Shown: positions 42,340-49,653 of the stretch, piece after piece
Layout of the letters: every line of letters begins with the position of its first letter
Numbering within the stretch: the first letter of the stretch is position 1
NCBI GenBank assembly: GCA_026395965.1
Contig: JAPLXS010000007.1
Coordinates: 1 to 49,653 of the forward strand
Length of the DNA: 49,653 nt
Direction of reading: 5' to 3'
From: Candidatus Nomurabacteria bacterium
GTDB lineage: Bacteria > Patescibacteriota > Minisyncoccia > Phycocordibacterales > UBA9973
Program-made: the position numbers and the translations under genes
Notes under the pieces: generated by a model
What the model was told of the DNA's origin: nothing
The model's database searches: none
What the model saw: only the letters and a program-made list of their open reading frames with translations

Positions 42340-44560
42340 TATTATTCTTTATGTTTTCACCAAGTTTATGTGGATTATGATTCTTGCACATTTTGTTACT
42401 GCATCTCTCTGGTATAGTTTTTGTGCCTTCCATCATTAGTGACTGACACATATCACAAATATTTCCAGTAGGTTTTGCTTTGATAGCATTTTTACAAGCA
42501 GGATAATCGCTACATGAATAGAATATTCCAAATCTTCCTTTACGCTCCATCATTTTTCCTTTTTGACAAGTAGGGCAAGTTATATCTGTCATTTTTCTTT
42601 TAACTTCTTCCTCATCTTGTTTTATAAATTTACATTTAGGATAACGAGAACAAGATATAAATGTACCTGTTCCATCGCGTCTTACTCTTATAACGAGTTT
42701 TCCTCCGCCAGATTTACCTTTTTTCTCTCCACAAGTTGGGCACATTTCACCAGTTTCTTTTGGTCCTTCAAGTTCAATTCCATCAATAGTTTTTGCACCA
42801 TCACAATCTGGATAGTTTGCACATGAATAAAACTTACCTCCGCGTGAAAGTTTTACAATCATATTTCCTCCACATTTTGGACAGAGCATATCACTAGGAG
42901 CTTCTCCCATATTTGTAGCTTTAGCAAGTTTATCTTTTTCTTTTACATCTTTCTGAAATGGAATATAGAAATCACTCAATGTTTTAGTATATTCTCTTTT
43001 ACCATTTGAAATATCATCTAGCTTATCTTCCATTTCTGCTGTGAAAGTATCACTTATATATTCTCCAAAATTATTTTCAAGAAAAGATGACACTACATCT
43101 CCGGTATCAGTAGGGAATAAAGTTTTACCTTCTTTTCTAACATAACCTCTATCTTCGATAGTTTTCATTATGGAAGCATAAGTAGAAGGGCGTCCTATGT
43201 CGCGAGATTCTAGTTCTTTGACAAGACCAGCTTCAGTATAGCGATTTGGTGGCTCAGTAGCTTTTTCAGTACTGTTTAATTCTAATAGTTTAAGTTCTTC
43301 TCCTATTGTAACTTCGGGAAGTTCTACATCTTCACCCCGAGCTCCTGTCTCACAAGCAAGCCACCCAGGAAACAATACTCGTGATCCATTTGCTGTAAAA
43401 TCAGGAATAGAATCACCTTTAATGTTTGCAGTAATTTTTGTTTTTAGTAATTTTGCATCCGACATTTGTGATGATACAACTCTTTCCCAAATTAATTTGT
43501 AGAGTTTATTTTGTTCCTCATTTGCGCCAGCATTTATTTGTTCTACATGTGTAGGACGTATAGCTTCGTGAGCTTCTTGTACGTTTTTAGATTTTGCTTT
43601 ATATATATGAGATTCTACATATTCCTTTCCATATTTTTTTTCAATAAGGGCAAGGATTTGATTCTGAGCAACTAAGCTTAGATTTGTACTATCAGTACGC
43701 ATATATGTAATAAAACCCTGCTCATAGAGCTTCTGGGCTATTTGCATGGTACGTGAAGGAGAAAATCCTAGTCTTGTACTAGCTGTTTGCTGGAGAGTAG
43801 AAGTTGTAAATGGAGCACGGGGTTGTCTCTTTTGTTCACTAGTTTTCAAATCTTTTACAAACCATTTTTCTTTTGTACCTAATTCTAAAATTTTATTTAC
43901 TTGTTTTTCATCTCTAGGTTCATCTACACAAGATAAAATAAGTTTATCTTTTTTATTTGTTTCCCAAAGTCCTTCAAGGGTCCAATATTGTTCAGGAATA
44001 AAAGCACGGATTTCTCTTTCTCTTTCCATTATTATACGAAGTGCAGGGGACTGAACACGTCCAGCAGAAAGTCCATATCGAACTTTCTTCCAAATTATTC
44101 CTGATAGATCATACCCGACGAGTCTATCGAGCACACGACGTGCTTCTTGAGCTTTTACTAGATCTAGATCTATATCACGAGGATTTTTGAGAGCTTCCTT
44201 TACTGCTTCTTTTGTAATTTCATTGAAAGTAACTCTTTTAATAGGAGCTTTGATTTTCTTGTCTTCATCTAGAAGTTCCTTTAAATGCCAAGAAATAGCT
44301 TCTCCTTCACGGTCCGGGTCGGTTGCGAGCATTATTTCTGTAGCTTTTTGAGAAAGAGATTTTAATTCGGATACTACTTTTTCTTTGCCTTTTGATATTT
44401 CGTATCGAGGTACAAATCCAGCGGGTATATCTAGCGCATCCTTGTTGGATTTTGGTAAATCTCTAATATGCCCAACAGAAGCGCGTACAGTATATGCGCC
44501 ATCTAAATATTTTTCTATTGTCTTTGCCTTTGATGGGGATTCAACTATAAGTAATTTCAT
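42329..44560 (-). CDS. topA: DNA topoisomerase I with four C-terminal zinc ribbons
   Basis: Toprim domain (LLIVESPSKAKTI), the active-site Tyr region (GFITYMRTDS) and C-terminal CxxC...CxxC repeats. Confidence 0.93.
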   Translation of the reverse strand: MKLLIVESPSKAKTIEKYLDGAYTVRASVGHIRDLPKSNKDALDIPAGFVPRYEISKGKEKVVSELKSLSQKATEIMLATDPDREGEAISWHLKELLDEDKKIKAPIKRVTFNEITKEAVKEALKNPRDIDLDLVKAQEARRVLDRLVGYDLSGIIWKKVRYGLSAGRVQSPALRIIMEREREIRAFIPEQYWTLEGLWETNKKDKLILSCVDEPRDEKQVNKILELGTKEKWFVKDLKTSEQKRQPRAPFTTSTLQQTASTRLGFSPSRTMQIAQKLYEQGFITYMRTDSTNLSLVAQNQILALIEKKYGKEYVESHIYKAKSKNVQEAHEAIRPTHVEQINAGANEEQNKLYKLIWERVVSSQMSDAKLLKTKITANIKGDSIPDFTANGSRVLFPGWLACETGARGEDVELPEVTIGEELKLLELNSTEKATEPPNRYTEAGLVKELESRDIGRPSTYASIMKTIEDRGYVRKEGKTLFPTDTGDVVSSFLENNFGEYISDTFTAEMEDKLDDISNGKREYTKTLSDFYIPFQKDVKEKDKLAKATNMGEAPSDMLCPKCGGNMIVKLSRGGKFYSCANYPDCDGAKTIDGIELEGPKETGEMCPTCGEKKGKSGGGKLVIRVRRDGTGTFISCSRYPKCKFIKQDEEEVKRKMTDITCPTCQKGKMMERKGRFGIFYSCSDYPACKNAIKAKPTGNICDMCQSLMMEGTKTIPERCSNKMCKNHNPHKLGENIKNNKNI

Positions 44561-44579
44561 AGATTTATTATTTAACTTA

Positions 44580-44611
44580 CTAGTTACTAGTATCTAGTTG
44601 CTAATAGCTAA
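44580..44611. repeat. CTAG heptad array, 5 units
   Basis: CTAGttaCTAGtatCTAGttgCTAAtagCTAA, starting 20 nt upstream of the topA start codon (minus-strand gene). Confidence 0.8.
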
Positions 44612-44673
44612 CTCCCAGTATTACATGAAAACATATTTTTTAGCAAATTATTTATTAATATACTAATTTGTTT

Positions 44674-45537
44674 TTAATTTTTTCTAATCTCTCCTAACTC
44701 TTCTTTAATAAAATCTTTTAGCTCCATAATAGAAAGTAGAGCATTGGCTTCTGCTGTTTTCATTCCTGACTCTCGAATCAAATCGTCTCGTTCCATAGGC
44801 TCACGAAGCAACTCAATAATTTTCAATTCCTCTTTTGAACAGTCGGCGTATTTTTCTTCATCGCTTTGTTCCTCTTTATCTATTTCAAAACCTAATGCTT
44901 CTAAAATATCTTCACTACTAGTTATAGGAGTAGCTCCTTGTTTTATAAGCCAGTTTGTTCCAGTTGAGTTCGATGAAAATGCAGAGCCTGGTACTGCAAG
45001 TACATCGCGATTGTAGTCTAGTGCCATGCGTGCTGTTATGAGTGTGCCAGATTTTTCTTCAGCTTCTATTATAAGTACAGCCTTTGAAATCCCTGCCATA
45101 AGTCTATTGCGTTGGGGGAATGAATAAAGAGTCGATCTAAAATTTGGTTCAAATTCTGACAACAAACAACCTCCGCTTCTTACTATTTCATCTGCAAGTC
45201 TGACATTTGCTCTTGGGTATAAAACATTATTATCGAGACCTGAGCCAGGAAAAGAAATAGTAGTTAATCCTACTTCTATTGCAGTTCTATGAGCAATACT
45301 ATCTATACCTAGAGCAAGACCTGAAACTATAACAATAGGACATCCTTTTAATCCACGGATAAGTTTTTCACAAATATCTCTTCCGTACGAAGTGTATTTA
45401 CGAGAGCCAACAACAGCTAAATATATTAATTCTGTGTCTGGTAATTTGCCTCTAATAAAAAGAGTTTTTGGTGGCTGAGGAATCTCAAGTAGTGGTAAAG
45501 GGAATTGTTCTAGTTTAAGTTTGTAAATGTCTTCCAT
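44674..45537 (-). CDS. dprA: DNA processing protein DprA (Smf)
   Basis: Rossmann-like DprA core (VVGSRKYTSYGR...IVSGLALGIDSIAHR...GTLITARMALDYNRDVLAVPG). Confidence 0.85.
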   Translation of the reverse strand: MEDIYKLKLEQFPLPLLEIPQPPKTLFIRGKLPDTELIYLAVVGSRKYTSYGRDICEKLIRGLKGCPIVIVSGLALGIDSIAHRTAIEVGLTTISFPGSGLDNNVLYPRANVRLADEIVRSGGCLLSEFEPNFRSTLYSFPQRNRLMAGISKAVLIIEAEEKSGTLITARMALDYNRDVLAVPGSAFSSNSTGTNWLIKQGATPITSSEDILEALGFEIDKEEQSDEEKYADCSKEELKIIELLREPMERDDLIRESGMKTAEANALLSIMELKDFIKEELGEIRKN

Positions 45538-45564
45538 GTAATATTGTTTTTATTAAAGAATTTT

Positions 45565-45659
45565 AAATAGCTCTTTTCAAAATACGCGCATAAAATTTTA
45601 CTAAATTTTTGCTATGCTCGGCTCGACAGCCTGCGCAATGTATTTTTCAAAGACTATTT
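45565..45659 (-). repeat. Family B structured interspersed repeat, copy B4
   Basis: 95 nt. The sense strand ends 27 nt before the dprA ATG. Confidence 0.85.
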
Positions 45660-45740
45660 AAAATTCTTTTGAATTCGATTGTAAAAATTCTGCATAATAT
45701 TTAATTATTATACACTATGTTATTAATATATATAATACGA

Positions 45741-45835
45741 GAATAGTCTTATCAGAGGGACTTGGGAGGCTGTCGAGCCGAGCACGAGGAATTTTTTAGT
45801 AGAAAAATATCCGTGCCCTTTGAGAAGAGCTATTC
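45741..45835 (+). repeat. Family B structured interspersed repeat, copy B2
   Basis: 95 nt running GAATAGTCTTATCAGAGGGAC...GTGCCCTTTGAGAAGAGCTATTC, ending 56 nt before the serS ATG. Confidence 0.85.
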
Positions 45836-45891
45836 TTGTATTATATGGATACTTATTTGTATATTATAATATTTTTTTATATACTGTAAGA

Positions 45892-47154
45892 ATGTTAGAT
45901 ATTAAATTCATTCGTGAAAACAAAGATATAATTAAAGAGGGTGCAAAAAAGAAGCATATTGAAGTAGACATAGACGGTCTTCTTGCTATCGATGAAAAAA
46001 GATTAGAGATTCTTTCTCGTGTAGAATTTCTTCGTGGTGAGCAAAATAAAGTTAGTGTTTCAATGGGTGGAACATTGAGCCATGAAGCTCGAGGTCAGCT
46101 CATAGAAGAGATGCGACTTGTTAAAGACGAGTTAAAAGAAAAAGAAGAAGAACTTCGTGCAGCAATGCTTACATGGCAATCTTTTATGCTTCAAGTTCCA
46201 AATGTCCCAGATATGTCAGTTCCAGAAGGAGAGAGTGATGAAGATAATCAAGAAGTTAAAGCATGGGGCGATAAACCAAATTTTGATTTTGAAGCAAAAG
46301 ATCATATAGAACTCATGACCAACTTAAAGATGGTTGATTTTGAACGAGGTACAAAAGTTCATGGTTTTAGAGGATATTTTCTTATGGGTGACGGAGCTAG
46401 ACTTTCTATGGCTATTTGGAATTATGCTATGGAATTTTTTGCAAATAAAGGATTTATTCCAATACTCCCACCTATTATAGTTCGCAAAGAAACTTTTATG
46501 GGTACAGGATATCTTCCACAAGGTGAAGATGATCTTTACAAAACTCAAGATGGTGATTTTCTAGCAGGTACCGCAGAAGTTCCAATCATGGGTTTCCATT
46601 CAGATGAAATTCTAAAAGCAGACGAGTTACCTAAAAAATATTTAGGTTTTTCTCCTTGCTATAGACGTGAAGCAGGAAGTCATTCTAAGGATGTTAAAGG
46701 TTTAATAAGAGTTCATGAATTTTATAAATTAGAACAAGTTGTTCTTTGTGCTGCTTCTCACGCAGAGAGTGTAAAATACCACGAAGAAGTAAACCGTAAC
46801 ACTGAAGAATTTATAGAATCATTGGGTATTCCTTATCATACAGTAGTAAACTGTGGTGGAGATTTAGGTATGGGTCAGGTCAAAAAATACGACGTAGAAC
46901 TTTGGGTTCCCAAAGAGGGTAAATACCGTGAGATTTCTTCTGCTTCATATTTTCACGATTTCCAAACTCGTCGTTTAAATATTCGTTATAGAGATGAAGA
47001 TGGAAAGATTAGATATGCACACTCTCTAAATTGTACTGCTATTCCAACACCTCGAATCCTAGTTTCTCTTGTTGAAAATTTTCAAAAATCAGATGGAAGT
47101 ATTAAAGTACCAGAAGTATTACAGAAGTATTTTGGTAAAGATATTATTTCATAA
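45892..47154 (+). CDS. serS: Seryl-tRNA synthetase
   Basis: N-terminal coiled-coil arm (MLDIKFIRENKD...) and class II motifs (FSPCYRREAGS, GDLGMGQVKKYDVELW...). The track's TTG start at 45820 lies inside repeat B2, so the ATG at 45892 is used. Confidence 0.93.
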   Translation: MLDIKFIRENKDIIKEGAKKKHIEVDIDGLLAIDEKRLEILSRVEFLRGEQNKVSVSMGGTLSHEARGQLIEEMRLVKDELKEKEEELRAAMLTWQSFMLQVPNVPDMSVPEGESDEDNQEVKAWGDKPNFDFEAKDHIELMTNLKMVDFERGTKVHGFRGYFLMGDGARLSMAIWNYAMEFFANKGFIPILPPIIVRKETFMGTGYLPQGEDDLYKTQDGDFLAGTAEVPIMGFHSDEILKADELPKKYLGFSPCYRREAGSHSKDVKGLIRVHEFYKLEQVVLCAASHAESVKYHEEVNRNTEEFIESLGIPYHTVVNCGGDLGMGQVKKYDVELWVPKEGKYREISSASYFHDFQTRRLNIRYRDEDGKIRYAHSLNCTAIPTPRILVSLVENFQKSDGSIKVPEVLQKYFGKDIIS

Positions 47155-47161
47155 ATAAAAC

Positions 47162-48028
47162 ATGAGAGATATACCTACATCTCCTCGCATAATAGAAATA
47201 AAGCATAATCTTCGTGTTCGTAGATTGAAGTTTTCTATTCTTTTTTTTGCATTATTTATTTTTTTGATTGGAGGTTTTTCTTATTTTTCTCAAGATAAAC
47301 ACGTAACCTTAGAAAAATTAGAAATAACAGGAACTCATATTATAAATCAATCAGATATAGAGGATGAAGTTTTAAAAGATATTTCTGGTAAATATTTACA
47401 TCTGTTTTCTCGTAGTAATAGTTTTATATATCCACATAGGCAAATATACAATAACCTACTTTTAAATTTTCCAAGAATTGAAAAACTTTCAGTTTATCGT
47501 GATAATTTAAAAACCTTACATATTAGTTTGGTTGAGAGAACAGGCTCATCTTTATATTGCGGTAATGATATTCCAACAAATAAAGAAGATATAGGAGAAA
47601 ATTGTTATTTCATAAATAACGATGGATTTATTTTTGATAAAGCCCCATATTTTTCTGGTAATGTATATTTTAAATATTATATGACGTTAGAAAATAATCC
47701 AGTTAACCCATTGGCTAAGCAGATGATGAATATAGATAGTTTTCATAAACTTTCACGTTTTATTGATGGTATTTCGAGTATAGGATTTAAACCCGTATAT
47801 ATGACAGTAGGGTCAAATGGGACTAATTCTCTCTATCTTAATCATGGTGAAAATTACACAACACCCAGGATTATCTTCAATAAAGATAATGATTTAGATA
47901 TTATAAAAGATAATTTGGCACTATCTATGGGAAAGAAAGAATTTGCTGATGAGATAAATTCCAAGTATAATACGCTTCTGTATATAGATCTGACGTTTAA
48001 AAATAAGGTTTTATATAAGTTTCAATAA
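47162..48028 (+). CDS. FtsQ/DivIB-like cell-division protein (N-terminal TM plus POTRA)
   Basis: A single TM segment (FSILFFALFIFLIGGFSYF) followed by a POTRA-like segment (LEITGTHIINQSDIEDEV...LKTLHISLVER). Confidence 0.5.
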   Translation: MRDIPTSPRIIEIKHNLRVRRLKFSILFFALFIFLIGGFSYFSQDKHVTLEKLEITGTHIINQSDIEDEVLKDISGKYLHLFSRSNSFIYPHRQIYNNLLLNFPRIEKLSVYRDNLKTLHISLVERTGSSLYCGNDIPTNKEDIGENCYFINNDGFIFDKAPYFSGNVYFKYYMTLENNPVNPLAKQMMNIDSFHKLSRFIDGISSIGFKPVYMTVGSNGTNSLYLNHGENYTTPRIIFNKDNDLDIIKDNLALSMGKKEFADEINSKYNTLLYIDLTFKNKVLYKFQ

Positions 48029-48047
48029 GAGGTACGGGCCTACTTTG

Positions 48048-48142
48048 AAATATCTATTCTAAAAGGGTACATAAATTTTTTGCTAAAAATTTATTCAGTT
48101 TTCGTGTCGACACACTCAAAAGCCCGTTTTATAAGACTATTT
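48048..48142 (-). repeat. Family B structured interspersed repeat, copy B5 (most diverged)
   Basis: 95 nt with the same architecture. The central hairpin is GTGTCGACAC instead of GGCTGTCGAGCC. Confidence 0.7.
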
Positions 48143-48194
48143 CAAATTCGGTCCTTAAATTAGTATAATAAGTTGTGGAATAATAAAATTAATA

Positions 48195-48289
48195 AAATAA
48201 TCTTTGAAAAATACATTGCGGAAGGCGTCGGACTGAGCATAGCAAATTTTCAACAGAAAATTATGTGCGTATTTTGAGAAGAGCTATTT
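48195..48289 (+). repeat. Family B structured interspersed repeat, copy B3
   Basis: 95 nt, ending 35 nt before the dus ATG. Confidence 0.85.
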
Positions 48290-48324
48290 TGTTAATTTTA
48301 TGATATAAATCAAATCACAAACCA

Positions 48325-49287
48325 ATGAAAAATTTCTTGGAAAAATTACCAAAACCGTTTTTTTGCTTAGCACCAATGGCAGATGTCACTGATGCGGCTT
48401 TTCGAAGTATTATTACTAAATATGGTAAACCAGATGTAACCTGGACAGAATTTGTTTCTGCCGATGGACTTGCGAGTGAAGGTAGAGAAGTACTAAAAAA
48501 TAGTTTAATTTTTACAAAAAAAGAAAAGCCGATTGTTGCTCAATTGTTTTCATCTAATCCAGAAAAGATGAGAATATCTTCAAAATATGTAGCTTCACTT
48601 GGTTTTGATGGTATAGATATAAATATGGGTTGCCCTGATAAAACTATTGAAAAACAGGGAGCAGGTGCAGCTATGATGAAAGATTTTAAAAAAGCTGGTG
48701 AAATTATTCAGGCTGTTAAAGACGGAATAAAAGATGCCAATAAAAAAATACCTGTTTCAGTTAAAACACGTATCGGATACAATAAAATAGAAATAGAAGA
48801 ATGGATTCCATTTATTTTATCTTGTGATATTGATGCTCTTACTGTTCATGCTCGTACTCGTAAAGAAATGTCTTTAGTTCCAGCAAATTGGCAACACATA
48901 AAAAGAGTAGTAGAGATTCGCGATAAAATGAACATCAAAACAAAAATTATTGGTAATGGAGATGTTGTAGGTATTAAACAAGGGAAAAAATTAGCAAAGG
49001 AAATCGGATGCGATGGAATAATGATAGGACGAGGAATTTTTGGAAACCCATGGTTATTTTCAGGCAAGATTCCTACTTATAAAGAAAAACTAAAAGTAAT
49101 GGTAGAACATACAAAATTATTTGAGAATCTTCTCGGCGGTCACAAAAATTTTGCTGTCATGCGAAAACATTACAAAGCATATGTAAATGGTTTTGACGGA
49201 GCAAAAGAACTACGAGTCGAACTCATGGAAACAAAGAGTGCCAAAGAAGTGGAATCTATAATTAATAAATTCCTCAAAAATCATTAA
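48325..49287 (+). CDS. dus: tRNA-dihydrouridine synthase
   Basis: LAPMADVTDAAFR, GFDGIDINMGCP and the TIM-barrel Dus pattern with HARTR. Confidence 0.85.
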   Translation: MKNFLEKLPKPFFCLAPMADVTDAAFRSIITKYGKPDVTWTEFVSADGLASEGREVLKNSLIFTKKEKPIVAQLFSSNPEKMRISSKYVASLGFDGIDINMGCPDKTIEKQGAGAAMMKDFKKAGEIIQAVKDGIKDANKKIPVSVKTRIGYNKIEIEEWIPFILSCDIDALTVHARTRKEMSLVPANWQHIKRVVEIRDKMNIKTKIIGNGDVVGIKQGKKLAKEIGCDGIMIGRGIFGNPWLFSGKIPTYKEKLKVMVEHTKLFENLLGGHKNFAVMRKHYKAYVNGFDGAKELRVELMETKSAKEVESIINKFLKNH

Positions 49288-49305
49288 TTTGCTATAATAT
49301 TGATT

Positions 49306-49653
49306 ATGAATGATTCTAATATTGCACTTTATAGAAAATACCGACCAGAGAGCTTTTCAGAAGTAGTGGGTCAAGACCATATAGTTAAGGCTATTTCGGG
49401 TAGTTTAGCAACTGGAAAGGTGGCTCACGCGTATCTTTTGTGTGGCCCTCGTGGTACTGGAAAAACTACAATAGCTCGTATAATAGCTCATGAGTTAGGA
49501 ACATCAGTAAATGATATAAACGAAATGGATGCCGCCAGTAATAGAGGTATCGATGATGTAAGAGATATAAATGAAAATGTCCGAACCCTGCCTTTTGATT
49601 CAAAATACAAAATCTATATTTTGGATGAAGTACATATGTTTACAAGGGATGCA
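49306..49653 (+). CDS. dnaX: DNA polymerase III subunit gamma/tau, 5' part (runs off the right edge)
   Basis: My own translation from the ATG at 49306: MNDSNIALYRKYRPESFSEVVGQDHIVKAISGSLATGKVAHAYLLCGPRGTGKTTIARIIA...YILDEVHM. It has the Walker A and DExx box. It is not in the ORF track because it is open-ended. Confidence 0.85.
   Translation, partial: MNDSNIALYRKYRPESFSEVVGQDHIVKAISGSLATGKVAHAYLLCGPRGTGKTTIARIIAHELGTSVNDINEMDAASNRGIDDVRDINENVRTLPFDSKYKIYILDEVHMFTRDA

Noticed and set aside
42232-42417. 61-aa ORF in the track
   Set aside because: It spans the GC-rich insert, the topA terminator and the antisense of the topA 3' end. It is a by-product of the duplication, not a gene.
45820-45891. 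TTG-initiated N-terminal extension of serS (MRRAILVLYGYLFVYYNIFLYTVR)
   Set aside because: The TTG lies inside family B repeat copy B2, and the same TTGAGAAGAGCTATT occurs in other copies. The extension is hydrophobic nonsense. The canonical SerRS N-terminus starts at the ATG at 45892.

Overview
This is an AT-rich (about one-third G+C by eye), tightly packed and mostly housekeeping chromosomal segment. It uses the standard genetic code, since TGA works as a stop. The gene content and protein architectures suggest a small-genome, CPR/Patescibacteria-like bacterium; this is inference. The supporting traits are a short IF-2, an RNase J with a long basic N-extension, a pilin-like protein, many membrane-anchored orphan proteins and a T-box on ileS.

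Recognised genes, in order: ileS, recO, glyQS, an M16 peptidase, two AI-2E permeases, metG, tatD, rpsF-ssb-rpsR, a PG-binding surface protein, a pseudouridine synthase, an MFS transporter, rnj, a family-5 SBP, secG, a CDF transporter, tRNA-Leu(UAG), tRNA-Cys(GCA), rbfA-infB, a cysteine desulfurase, clpB, a YkuD-like/NUDIX/nucleotidyltransferase trio, a pilin-DUF1566 fusion, tRNA-Tyr(GUA), parB, rsh, topA, dprA, serS, an FtsQ-like gene, dus and the 5' part of dnaX. I saw no rRNA, CRISPR array, transposase, integrase or reverse transcriptase ORF.

The parts worth a second look:
1. A complete histidine-phosphatase (PGAM-like) domain is inserted inside IleRS.
2. A ~95-nt structured interspersed repeat occurs in five copies, two of them head-to-head pairs, with compensatory substitutions between copies.
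3. An 84-nt duplication of the topA 3' end differs only at synonymous sites and flanks a 157-nt insert with a GC-rich core, which looks like an integration scar.
4. A 117-bp MITE-like element with 12-bp TIRs and a 6-bp ATGGAT target duplication sits exactly on a start codon.
5. A repeat family built on tRNA 3' ends lies next to tRNA-Leu and tRNA-Tyr, and tRNA-Cys has a duplicated 5' half.
6. Six arrays of (CTAGNNN)n heptads lie in 5'/intercistronic spacers.

All functional interpretations of these elements are inference and need database or covariance searches that I cannot run.
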